From assembly GCF_022701215.1 (NCBI RefSeq), contig NZ_CP089976.1:1170001-1202000 (forward strand): a stretch of DNA of 32,000 nucleotides, written 5' to 3'. This document shows positions 8,888-17,565 of the stretch, in pieces. Below the pieces are notes generated by a model. It was not told where the DNA came from. It saw only the letters and a list, made by a program, of their open reading frames with translations, and searched no databases. The translations under genes were made by a program, and so were the position numbers. This DNA is from Moraxella nasovis (lineage in GTDB: Bacteria; Pseudomonadota; Gammaproteobacteria; Pseudomonadales; Moraxellaceae). The first letter of the stretch is position 1. The number at the start of each line of letters is the position of its first letter.

Positions 8888-9916
8888 ATGATGACCATAC
8901 CTACCTTAAACAAACCTTTGTCCAATCTTTGCGAGCAGGATTTTATCAAGTTTGCTGATTCTGCCTGCACACTCATCAGCCAAGCACCAGATGAAAATCA
9001 ATTACAAGAATTAAAAGTACAGCTGCAAGGCAAAAAAAGCGAGCTGGTTGCTTTATCCAAGCAAATGGGTGGGCTTGATGTAGACGACAAAAAAGTCTAT
9101 GGTGGATACCTGCACGAATTACGCACTCGCTTAACTACCGCTTTTGACCATCAAGGTCAGCTGCTTGCCCAAAAAGCACTAAATGAGAGATTGACAGCTG
9201 AGCAGATTGACATCACCTTGCCTGCTCGTGGCGTGCCAGCAGGCGGACTTCACCCCATCACGAAGATTACCGAGCGTATGAAGCAGTTTTTTGTGCAGGC
9301 AGGTTTTAGCGTGGCAACAGGTCCTGAGGTTGAGAGCGATTATTATAATTTTGAGGCGTTAAATATCCCAAGCCATCATCCTGCTCGTGCTATGCATGAT
9401 ACGTTTTATTTTGATGCTCATTATCTGCTACGTACGCACACAAGTGGCGTACAGATTCGCACGATGGAGAAAAACGAGCCACCTTTGCGAATCATCTGCC
9501 CAGGGCGTGTTTATCGCTGTGATAGCGACCAGACGCATTCACCGATGTTCCATCAGATGGAAGGCTTGATGATTAGCAAATCGTCTAATTTTGCTGAGTT
9601 AAAAGGGCTTATTCATGAATTTTTGGACGCATTTTTTGGCAAAAAAATGACCGTGCGGTTTCGCCCAAGTTTTTTCCCATTCACTGAGCCATCAGCAGAA
9701 GTGGATATTTTGTCGGATAATGGCAAGTGGCTAGAAGTTTTGGGCTGTGGCATGGTACACCCCAAAGTACTTCAAAATTGTGGCATCAATCCTGATGAAT
9801 ATACAGGCTTTGCTTTTGGGCTTGGTATTGAGCGTTTCGCCATGTTGTATTATGGCATTGATGACTTAAGATTATTTTTCCAAAACGATTTGCGGTTTTT
9901 AAAGCAGTTTGGCTAA
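8888..9916 (+). CDS. pheS: phenylalanine--tRNA ligase alpha subunit
   Basis: Near-colinear match by eye to E. coli PheS ([62 protein letters not shown]). The start (8888 or 8891) lacks a clear SD. Confidence 0.95.
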   Translation: MMTIPTLNKPLSNLCEQDFIKFADSACTLISQAPDENQLQELKVQLQGKKSELVALSKQMGGLDVDDKKVYGGYLHELRTRLTTAFDHQGQLLAQKALNERLTAEQIDITLPARGVPAGGLHPITKITERMKQFFVQAGFSVATGPEVESDYYNFEALNIPSHHPARAMHDTFYFDAHYLLRTHTSGVQIRTMEKNEPPLRIICPGRVYRCDSDQTHSPMFHQMEGLMISKSSNFAELKGLIHEFLDAFFGKKMTVRFRPSFFPFTEPSAEVDILSDNGKWLEVLGCGMVHPKVLQNCGINPDEYTGFAFGLGIERFAMLYYGIDDLRLFFQNDLRFLKQFG

Positions 9917-10087
9917 TGGGTGTCATTATTTGGCAAATGCTTAGTCAAAATCTGATTGGTAACAAGAGCCATCAAGTTAAATTGAGCGATAAAATAACGT
10001 TATAAGAAACAACGCTATAAGCTTGTCGTTTTAAGCTGTCATATATAAAGCCTAATTGACAAAAGTAAAAATTAGAGATACGAAGAT

Positions 10088-12487
10088 ATGAAGATTAGTG
10101 AAAATTGGTTAAGAAAATGGGTTAATCCTGCGGTGGATAGCCAGATGCTCGGTCATCAGCTGACCATGGCAGGTCTTGAGCTTGATGGAATGGAAAAAGT
10201 CGCCCCTGATTTTAGTGGCGTGGTTACAGGTGTTGTGGTAACTTGTGAGCAGCATCCTGATGCTGATAAGCTAAAAGTAACCGAAGTTGATGTCGGTCAA
10301 GACGACTTACTACAAATCGTCTGTGGTGCACCAAATGTGAGAACTGGACTTAAAGTTGCTGTGGCAACAGTTGGTGCAGTCTTACCGCCTATTGATGGCA
10401 AGCCCTTTAAAATCAAAAAAGGTAAACTGCGTGGCGTTGAATCGCAGGGTATGCTATGCGGTGCAAGCGAGCTTGGGTTAGTAGATGAGATTGATGGCTT
10501 GCTTGAGCTGCCTGATGATGCCCCTATCGGTGTGGACGTGCGTGAGTACTTAGGCTTAGATACTATGGTGCTTGATGTCGCCATCACGCCAAACCGTGGC
10601 GACTGTCTAAGTGCATTAGGCTTAGCTCGTGAGCTTGCGGTCGTGAATCGCTTGCCACTTAATCGCCCAAAGATTTGCCAAGCAGATTGCGTTTTAAATC
10701 AGGCTCAGGCGGTGCAGGTGGACGCCACTACTGCTTGCCCACGCTATTTAGCCCAGCTAATTTGTGACATTGATCGTAATGTCGCTACCCCAAAATGGAT
10801 CGCTGACAGTCTTATAGCATCTGGCGTGCGTACACATAACTTTTTGGTGGATGTGACAAATTTTGTTTTGCTAGAGCTTGGGCAGCCATTACACGCTTTT
10901 GATGCCAATAAGGTTGCTGGTCGTATCGTGGTAAGATTAGCAAAAGCAGGCGAGACGCTAGAGCTATTAAACGAGCAAACCATCACGCTAACAGGTGATG
11001 AGCTTGTCATTGCAGATGACATTGGAGCGATTGCCTTGGCGGGGATTATGGGTGGACGTCGCACAGCGGTTAGTGATGAGACGACTGCCATCGTCTTAGA
11101 AAGTGCGTTTTTTAATCCGCTTGCCATCGCAGGGCGAGCTCGCCGATTTGGTATGCATACAGATGCCAGTCAGCGGTTTGAGCGTGGCGTTGACTTTAAT
11201 TTAGCAAGTGTTGCCCTAGATCGTGCCACAGCGTTAATCGTTGATATTGCAGGTGGCAGGGCAGGTCAAATCACTGTGTGCGAGCATATAGATGAGCTGC
11301 CTGTGCGTGAGACTATCACACTACCAATCGGCAAGATTAAAGAGCTTATCGGCATTGATATCCCAAGCGATGACGTGCTTGATATTTTAAACCGCCTAGA
11401 GATTGAGACGACATTTGATGGCGAGCATTTCATCGCGACACCGCCAAGTCATCGTTTTGATATTGCAATCCCAGAAGACTTAATAGAAGAGATAGCACGT
11501 ATTTATGGCTATGACGCCATTGATGCGGTCTTGCCAAATTTTGCTGTGGATATGGGATATGATGATACAGCGGATTTGACCCATATGCTAAAGACAACGC
11601 TTGCAGACAGCGGTTATTTTGAGGCGGTGAGTTTTAGCTTTAGTGATGCAAAGATTGAAAGCTTATTTAATGATGATAAGCTTGGTAAGGTATTACCACT
11701 TGCCAATCCGATCTCAAGCGATCTTGCGGTGATGAGACGCACGCTACTATCAAGTTTGTTGCCTGTCGTAAAATACAACTTAAACCGCCAACAAAATCGT
11801 GTGCGTCTGTTTGAGACAGGTTTATCGTTCGTTGGTGAAGATATTAAGACGCTTGTTCAGACGCCAAGTCTCGCTATCGTGGCGGTGGGTGATGTCAGTG
11901 AAGATGGGCCATATCCAAGTCAAGCGATGGATTTTTATCACCTAAAAGGCGATATAGGGCGTCTGCTACCCACCAACTTGAGCAAGTCAGATGTGGCATT
12001 TGAGCGAGCTAATTTATCGTTTTTACACCCTGGGCAAAGTGCATATCTTACCATTTGTGGCAAAAAGCTAGGCTGGTTCGGTCAGCTCCACCCAAGCGTG
12101 GCAAAAGCACTTGATTTGCCAACTGTATGGGTGGCTCAATTTGACTTAGAATCGTTATTGCAATTGCATCGCGCAACCAGCCCAATCACAGCCCCAAGCA
12201 AGTTCCCAAGCGTTCGCCGTGATTTGGCGTTCTTGGTGGATGATGGCGTGACATGGCAAGACTTAGCGGTAGATGTCTACACAGCAGCAGGGCGTTATCT
12301 GAGCGACGTGTGGCTATTTGACGTCTATCAAGGCGATAAATTGCCTGCTGGCAAGAAGTCCTTAGCGTTTGCTATGTTATTCCAAAATGCACAAGAAACG
12401 CTAAGCGATGATACCATCAAGCAAGCAATGGATGACGTGATTGAGGTGCTAAGCACTAAGCACAATGCTCAGTTACGAGACAGCTAA
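10088..12487 (+). CDS. pheT: phenylalanine--tRNA ligase beta subunit
   Basis: 799 aa. MKISENWLRKWVNP, a tRNA-binding domain (CEQHPDADKL.V..VD), and B3/4 and B5 domains. Positioned after pheS. Confidence 0.95.
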   Translation: MKISENWLRKWVNPAVDSQMLGHQLTMAGLELDGMEKVAPDFSGVVTGVVVTCEQHPDADKLKVTEVDVGQDDLLQIVCGAPNVRTGLKVAVATVGAVLPPIDGKPFKIKKGKLRGVESQGMLCGASELGLVDEIDGLLELPDDAPIGVDVREYLGLDTMVLDVAITPNRGDCLSALGLARELAVVNRLPLNRPKICQADCVLNQAQAVQVDATTACPRYLAQLICDIDRNVATPKWIADSLIASGVRTHNFLVDVTNFVLLELGQPLHAFDANKVAGRIVVRLAKAGETLELLNEQTITLTGDELVIADDIGAIALAGIMGGRRTAVSDETTAIVLESAFFNPLAIAGRARRFGMHTDASQRFERGVDFNLASVALDRATALIVDIAGGRAGQITVCEHIDELPVRETITLPIGKIKELIGIDIPSDDVLDILNRLEIETTFDGEHFIATPPSHRFDIAIPEDLIEEIARIYGYDAIDAVLPNFAVDMGYDDTADLTHMLKTTLADSGYFEAVSFSFSDAKIESLFNDDKLGKVLPLANPISSDLAVMRRTLLSSLLPVVKYNLNRQQNRVRLFETGLSFVGEDIKTLVQTPSLAIVAVGDVSEDGPYPSQAMDFYHLKGDIGRLLPTNLSKSDVAFERANLSFLHPGQSAYLTICGKKLGWFGQLHPSVAKALDLPTVWVAQFDLESLLQLHRATSPITAPSKFPSVRRDLAFLVDDGVTWQDLAVDVYTAAGRYLSDVWLFDVYQGDKLPAGKKSLAFAMLFQNAQETLSDDTIKQAMDDVIEVLSTKHNAQLRDS

Positions 12488-12556
12488 GGCATTGAGTTGA
12501 CGAGGCCACAGACGTGGTGTGGCAAGTCAAGAACTTCAAATAATAAAGGAAGCAGT

Positions 12557-12862
12557 ATGAGTTCATTGACGAAAGCAGATATGGTTAATCATCTGACGAT
12601 TCGCTTAAGAATCCCCCGTCAGCACGCACGGTTTTTGGTGGATCAGTTTTTTGAGCAAATCAGCCAAAACTTAGCCGATGGCAAGGAGGTCAAGCTGTCT
12701 GGGTTTGGTAATTTTGAGCTAAAAGATAAAAAGTCCAGACCGGGGCGTAATCCACGCACAGGCGAGGAGGTGGCTGTAAATGCCAGACGAGTTGTTACGT
12801 TTAAAGCAGGACAAAAATTGCGTGGCTGTATTGATACTCAGATGAAAAAGCGTGGGAGCTAA
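12557..12862 (+). CDS. ihfA: integration host factor subunit alpha
   Basis: Start taken at ATG 12557 (SD aagga at 12546-12550). LTKADM...KLSGFGNFELKDKKSRPGRNPRTGEEV...RRVVTFKAGQKL matches E. coli IhfA. The pheST-ihfA order is conserved. Confidence 0.9.
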   Translation: MSSLTKADMVNHLTIRLRIPRQHARFLVDQFFEQISQNLADGKEVKLSGFGNFELKDKKSRPGRNPRTGEEVAVNARRVVTFKAGQKLRGCIDTQMKKRGS

Positions 12863-12890
12863 AGAATCGTTTGTCAGCATGAACGCCCTA

Positions 12891-12931
12891 AAATCCACCA
12901 AAAAAACTTTGATTTTTTTGGTGGATTTTGC
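12891..12931 (+). terminator. hairpin terminator after ihfA
   Basis: Long AT-rich stem aaatccaccaaaaaaa (12891-12906) / tttttttggtggattt (12913-12928), then ttg. It overlaps the -35 of the next promoter. Confidence 0.55.
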
Positions 12932-12937
12932 TACAAT
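12909..12937 (+). promoter_or_regulatory. putative extended -10 promoter for rpmE2
   Basis: -35 TTGATT (12909-12914), 17-nt spacer, TGcTACAAT (12929-12937). The implied leader is about 135-140 nt. Confidence 0.45.
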
Positions 12938-13081
12938 GGCGTCTCATTTTTCCCATCTAAGATGGCTAATGGATAAAAACGTGGTGCGGCGTGCCAAATG
13001 GTTGGTGATGGCGTGGCCAGTTTAGGCTGTAATTTTTATGATCAGTATGCATTAGTGCTTAGATTTATTGGATTGATTATC

Positions 13082-13342
13082 ATGCGTAAAGACATTCACC
13101 CAGAATATAAAGAAGTACTGTTCCACGACACGAATGCCGATGTGTATTTTTTGACTCGTTCAACAGTAAGCACAAAGACAACTCGTGAATACGAAGGTCA
13201 AGAATACCCATACTTCCCACTTGATATCTCAAGTGCATCACATCCATTCTACACAGGCGAGCAACGTAAAACGTCTAACGAAGGTCGTGTTGCTAGCTTC
13301 AATAAGCGTTTCGGTGCTTTTGCAAATCGTGGCAAAAAATAA
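13082..13342 (+). CDS. rpmE2: 50S ribosomal protein L31, type B (no CxxC zinc motif)
   Basis: Start taken at ATG 13082. [17 protein letters not shown]...[21 protein letters not shown]...RFG parallels E. coli YkgM. No CxxC pairs are present. Confidence 0.9.
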   Translation: MRKDIHPEYKEVLFHDTNADVYFLTRSTVSTKTTREYEGQEYPYFPLDISSASHPFYTGEQRKTSNEGRVASFNKRFGAFANRGKK

Positions 13343-13457
13343 GCCGTACATAACGTTCAAAGATGTAAAAATCACCCGTTATTGAGCCAAAAATTTAGTC
13401 CTTAGGCACGCTCTTAAGGCAAGTTTAAATTAAGGGTGATTTGGTTTCATCTTATTT

Positions 13458-13500
13458 AAGGTCTTAGTTCTGTTTTTGCAGGGCTAAGACCTTTTAATTT
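13458..13500 (+). terminator. rho-independent terminator downstream of rpmE2
   Basis: Stem aaggtcttag (13458-13467) / ctaagacctt (13484-13493), extendable through G-U and ctg/cag pairs, then tttaattt. Confidence 0.65.
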
Positions 13501-13650
13501 GTTCTTTTTTATCATGATGACAAGTAAATATATTTATCAATCATCTAGTTTAGAGCATTTGCTGATATTGGCACATTTGGTATTGCTAGCTTTGGCGTGA
13601 ATGTCAGATAAGCTCATTAGCTTATATGTTTGTGTTTTCTTGGTATTTAA

Positions 13651-13666
13651 CCCCCCCCTTTTTTTT
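13651..13666. repeat. homopolymer tract C8 immediately followed by T8
   Basis: Read directly: cccccccc (13651-13658) and tttttttt (13659-13666), in an ORF-free region. Confidence 0.95.
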
Positions 13667-13957
13667 ATGCTTTTAAGTTTTTAAGATCACGCTTTTGGGT
13701 AAATCCTGATAAGCTTAGCTGTGATATTTTGAGCTTTTTGGTGAATTGGCTAATACTACTTAGCTTCGCTACACGGATAAAGGCGTTTAGCTGTGTTAGA
13801 CGCTTGCAGCGTGCTGTAAAAAACTAGATGAAAAACTTGTTATTAGCCCACCATAAATCCCGCCAAAAACGCTATGCTAAAAAGTAGGCCTGTATAAAAG
13901 GTTGCCAAAATGTTTCAAAATGGTTAAAAAAATTCGTAATTTTCGTGTCAAAAACAC

Positions 13958-13985
13958 TTGAAATACCAAAAAATTATGCTATTAT
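13958..13985 (+). promoter_or_regulatory. putative extended -10 promoter for the DUF4212-symporter operon
   Basis: -35 TTGAAA (13958-13963), 16-nt spacer, TGcTATTAT (13977-13985). The implied 5' leader is about 200 nt. Confidence 0.45.
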
Positions 13986-14195
13986 GCCAAACACTAGCTA
14001 AGTTGAATAGGACTCTGACCTATGAGTAAGCCAGATGATTCTTGGCATACGATGTGGGTTAGCTAATTGTTGTCTGCTTCTTCAATAAGATTTAAGTGGT
14101 AGATGTTCTAAGATTATTGAAATAGACATCAGCTAAACAGAATCTTACTAAGGAAGTGTTTTTAAATTGCTTTTGCAATTTACAAGGAGGTCGCC

Positions 14196-14468
14196 ATGTC
14201 ATATGGTACACATCACAATAAGGACGTCTCTGGCTACTGGAAAGCCAACGTTCGTATTATTATTGGCTGTCTTATCGTGTGGGCTATCTGCTCGCTTGGG
14301 TTCGCCATTCTACTTCGCCCTGCATTGATGGGGATTACTTTTATGGGTACAGACCTTGGACTGTGGTTTGGTCAGCAAGGGGCTATCTTAACCTTCGTGG
14401 CACTTATTTTCTTTTATGCGTGGCGTATGAATCGCCTTGATAAAGAATATGGCGTAGAGGAGGATTAA
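14196..14468 (+). CDS. DUF4212 small membrane protein (putative small subunit of the solute:sodium symporter)
   Basis: Strong SD aaggagg (14184-14190). 90 aa with 2 TM segments. It ends 3 nt before the large SSS-family gene, the typical DUF4212 pairing. Confidence 0.8.
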   Translation: MSYGTHHNKDVSGYWKANVRIIIGCLIVWAICSLGFAILLRPALMGITFMGTDLGLWFGQQGAILTFVALIFFYAWRMNRLDKEYGVEED

Positions 14469-14471
14469 GCC

Positions 14472-16244
14472 ATGAGTCAATTTGTAATTAACTTAATTTT
14501 TGTAGGCTTATCCTTTGCCTTATATTTTGGCATTGCAATTTGGGCAAGAGCAGGCTCAACCAAAGAATTCTATGTTGCTGGCGGTGGTGTTCACCCTGTG
14601 GTGAACGGTATGGCAACAGGTGCTGACTGGATGAGTGCGGCATCATTCATTTCTATGGCAGGTATGATTGCCATGAATGGTTATTTCGCTTCTGCGTATT
14701 TAATGGGCTGGACGGGTGGTTTTGTCTTATTAGCCTTATTGCTTGCCCCTTATTTGCGTAAATTTGGTAAGTTCACTGTTCCTGATTTTATCGGTGATCG
14801 CTTTTATTCTAAGGGTGCCCGCCTGATTGCAGTGGTTTGCTTGATTTTGGCATGTACCACCTACGTTATTGGTCAGATGACAGGTGCTGGCGTGGCATTC
14901 TCTCGCTTCTTAGAAGTAGATAAGAACACAGGTCTTATCATCGCAGCGATTGTGGTGCTGTTTTACGCAGTATTGGGCGGTATGAAAGGTATTACTTATA
15001 CGCAAGTTGCTCAATATGTGGTATTGATGATTGCTTATATCGTGCCTGCCATCTTTATCTCAATGAACATCACAGGTAACCCAATCCCTGGCTTGGGTAT
15101 GTTTGGTACGACCGCAGACGGTACAACCATGCTTACCAAACTCGATGGTTTAATCACTGATTTGGGTTTTACAGCTTATACGGCTGATGTACCTGATAAG
15201 CTTAATATGTTCTTATTGGCATTGTCTTTGATGATTGGTACAGCAGGTCTGCCACACGTTATTATCCGTTTCTTTACGGTTAATAAAGTCTCTGATGCAC
15301 GTTCATCAGCAGGTTGGACGTTGGTATTTATCGCATTGCTATATACTGCTGCCCCTGCTGTAGGTACGATGTCTCGTATGAACCTAGTGGAAACCATTTA
15401 TCCAAATGGTACGACTTCTGCACCGATTGATTATGAAGTACGTCCAGAATGGATGAAAAACTGGGAACAAACTGGTCTGTTAAAGTTTGAAGACAAAAAC
15501 GGCGATGGTAAAATCAACTACTATAACGACAAGTCAAAAGATGAAGCCTTCTTGGCGAATGCCACTCAGCAAGGTCTACAAGGTAATGAGCTAGATGTAA
15601 ATAACGACATCATGGTGCTTGCCAACCCTGAGATTGCACAATTACCGGGCTGGGTTATTGGTCTGATTGCAGCAGGTGGTATCGCAGCGGCACTATCTAC
15701 CGCAGCAGGTCTATTGCTTGCTATCTCATCTGCTATTTCGCATGACTTGATTAAGACCATCTTAAAGCCTACTATCTCTGATAAGGGTGAGTTGACTGCA
15801 GCTCGTATCTCGATGATTGTGGCGATTGCTGTAGCGACATGGCTTGGTATGAATCCACCAGGATTTGCAGCACAGACAGTAGCACTTGCCTTTGGTATCG
15901 CAGGCTCTAGTCTATTCCCTGCACTGATGATGGGTATTTTCTCAAAACGCATTAATAATAAAGGTGCAGTAGCAGGTATGCTAGCAGGTTTGATTGTCAC
16001 TTGTGTGTATATCTTCTTGTTCAAGGGTTGGTTCTTTATCCCTGGTACGGCGACACTCCCTGATGATGCAACAGGCTGGATTATGGGCATTAACCCACTA
16101 GGATTTGGTCCGATTGGTGCTGTGATTAACTTTGTGGTAGCCTTTGCAGTATCTTATATGACTGCACCACCACCCAAAGAGATTCAAGACTTGGTTGAAA
16201 GTGTACGCTATCCAAAAGGAGCAGGTGCTGCCGTTGATCATTAA
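14472..16244 (+). CDS. sodium:solute symporter (SSS family, ActP-related cation/acetate-type large subunit)
   Basis: 590 aa and polytopic. SSS signatures are present (GGMKGITYTQVAQY, GTAGLPHVIIRFFT). It is paired with an upstream DUF4212 gene. Confidence 0.88.
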   Translation: MSQFVINLIFVGLSFALYFGIAIWARAGSTKEFYVAGGGVHPVVNGMATGADWMSAASFISMAGMIAMNGYFASAYLMGWTGGFVLLALLLAPYLRKFGKFTVPDFIGDRFYSKGARLIAVVCLILACTTYVIGQMTGAGVAFSRFLEVDKNTGLIIAAIVVLFYAVLGGMKGITYTQVAQYVVLMIAYIVPAIFISMNITGNPIPGLGMFGTTADGTTMLTKLDGLITDLGFTAYTADVPDKLNMFLLALSLMIGTAGLPHVIIRFFTVNKVSDARSSAGWTLVFIALLYTAAPAVGTMSRMNLVETIYPNGTTSAPIDYEVRPEWMKNWEQTGLLKFEDKNGDGKINYYNDKSKDEAFLANATQQGLQGNELDVNNDIMVLANPEIAQLPGWVIGLIAAGGIAAALSTAAGLLLAISSAISHDLIKTILKPTISDKGELTAARISMIVAIAVATWLGMNPPGFAAQTVALAFGIAGSSLFPALMMGIFSKRINNKGAVAGMLAGLIVTCVYIFLFKGWFFIPGTATLPDDATGWIMGINPLGFGPIGAVINFVVAFAVSYMTAPPPKEIQDLVESVRYPKGAGAAVDH

Positions 16245-16259
16245 TTATTTTCCTAAAAT

Positions 16260-16293
16260 AAAAAATGCAGACTAAGTTGTCTGCATTTTTTTA
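16260..16293 (+). terminator. rho-independent terminator of the symporter operon
   Basis: Stem atgcagac (16265-16272) / gtctgcat (16279-16286), an A-run before it and T6+ after it. Confidence 0.8.
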
Positions 16294-16342
16294 TTTATAA
16301 GTAGTTGATAGTAGAATAATTTTTATTGATAATTGACAATTA

Positions 16343-16351
16343 TGCTATAAT
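16343..16351 (+). promoter_or_regulatory. putative extended -10 element (TGcTATAAT) upstream of the 16424 ORF
   Basis: TG at 16343-16344 and TATAAT at 16346-16351. No good -35 element. Confidence 0.4.
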
Positions 16352-16423
16352 GTTGCTGTATGCTATATTTAGCTTAATGATTAGATGAGATTTGATAAAT
16401 AAATTTAAAAAAGGATTGAAATT

Positions 16424-16891
16424 GTGTTTTGGGAATTGATTGCGACCATTGTATCAGGCTTTATGGCGGCAGGGATTGCGTTATCTTTACGTTTATTATT
16501 TAAAAAATTACCACGCTGGATAGTGCCTGCAGCAGCTGGGGTAGGTATGCTTGGGTTTCAGATTTATAGTGAATACGATTGGTTTGAGCATACCAAAAGC
16601 CGTCTGCCAGATGGCGTGGCGGTGGTAGCCACGCACGCAGAGACTGCGTTTTATAAGCCTTGGTCTTATGCTTATGCACCGATTTTAAGATTTGTGGCGG
16701 TTGAGACATCACAGAAGCAGACCGATCACATCAAAGCGGCGAATTTGTATTTTTTTGAAAGACGCATGGCGGCATATCACACACCCATTTTGGTGGATTG
16801 TCAAAACAAATTACAATCAGATTTTAATCAAGCACCCAGCTGGGGTAAGACACCGATGACCGATGACATCGTTAAAGCAGTTTGCCAATGA
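16424..16891 (+). CDS. hypothetical membrane protein (2 N-terminal TM helices, family not recognised)
   Basis: GTG start with SD aagga (16411-16415). Hydrophobic segments ELIATIVSGFMAAGIALSLRLLF and WIVPAAAGVGMLGFQIY. No competing ORF. Confidence 0.55.
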   Translation: MFWELIATIVSGFMAAGIALSLRLLFKKLPRWIVPAAAGVGMLGFQIYSEYDWFEHTKSRLPDGVAVVATHAETAFYKPWSYAYAPILRFVAVETSQKQTDHIKAANLYFFERRMAAYHTPILVDCQNKLQSDFNQAPSWGKTPMTDDIVKAVCQ

Positions 16892-17565
16892 CATAAAAGC
16901 TGATTGATATGATGATAAATGAGCCATCTATTAAGCCATTTATGAGTCGATAATTTTAGTGCATTATTTAAGTTTATTCAAATTAAGGACAATTTAGCTT
17001 TATTTGACACCTTAAGGTTGTACTTGCTCGAATAATACAGCGTAAATCTAGCCTGTTTGGGGCTTAAGCTAATCGTCTATATCCATATACCTAGTCCATA
17101 TCTGCTTTATGGGTGGTAGTTGCTTTAATCTTTTAACCAGTAGGATATCTTTTTTTAACTTGGTGCTTTTTTTAAGGGATAATAAAACTTTGCTTTTGGC
17201 AACTTTAATAAAGCTAATATTTAAATTATCGATATTTATGCCTTGACTTATCAGTTAATTGATTTGGTTTTTCTTGCATTTTAACTTTTGTAATGGCTTA
17301 AGCTTTATACATAATTTTTGAGATAATTGAACCACTTAGACTGTGTTTTGGTAGTTAATGGATATTATTAAGCAGGTCAGCTTAATGATGTTTGTATTTA
17401 TTACTTAAGATAGATGACGAAAAGCAGGTTGTCGTGGTAAACTATGCCAAGCTTTGCTCAAGATGAGATGGGTGGGTTTATTTGCATAAACGCGGGTGAG
17501 TGCGATAAAAGCCGAATAAGACACTTGGGCTATATCGTGGATAATACAAAGAAAACGGAGCAATC

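Noticed and set aside
9916-10005. 29-codon ORF in the 170-nt pheS-pheT spacer
   Set aside because: It has no SD, overlaps the pheS stop in TAATG fashion by chance, and has no recognisable product.
10297-11127. 96-aa and 127-aa ORFs on the - strand inside pheT
   Set aside because: They are Ser/Ala-rich antisense shadows of a confidently identified pheT.
12497-12556. N-terminal extension of ihfA from the TTG at 12497
   Set aside because: The extension has no IHF homology. The ATG at 12557 has a good SD and restores the canonical MSSLTKADM N-terminus. Comparable upstream extensions were trimmed for the porin (8447-8482), rpmE2 (12998-13081), ribH (27278-27310), hisF (28113-28124) and gltJ (29297-29332).
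12944-13081. Search for a Zur operator upstream of rpmE2
   Set aside because: Only the 6-bp palindrome tgatca (within tatgatcagta) was seen. No extended AT-rich inverted repeat is present, so no Zur site is reported. A PWM scan is needed.
13185-13385. 66-aa ORF on the + strand
   Set aside because: It is an alternative frame overlapping the 3' half of the canonical rpmE2 and has no independent support.
13514-13600. 28-codon ORF MMTSKYIYQSSSLEHLLILAHLVLLALA (a type I toxin-like small hydrophobic peptide?)
   Set aside because: It has no SD, no flanking antisense promoter/terminator architecture, and lacks the charged tail typical of type I toxins. It is kept only as a remote possibility within the ORF-free region finding.
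15566-16090. 174-aa ORF on the - strand (also 15176..15397)
   Set aside because: It is antisense to the SSS symporter gene. Its Ala/Ile/Pro-rich shadow composition mirrors the hydrophobic codons of the sense gene.
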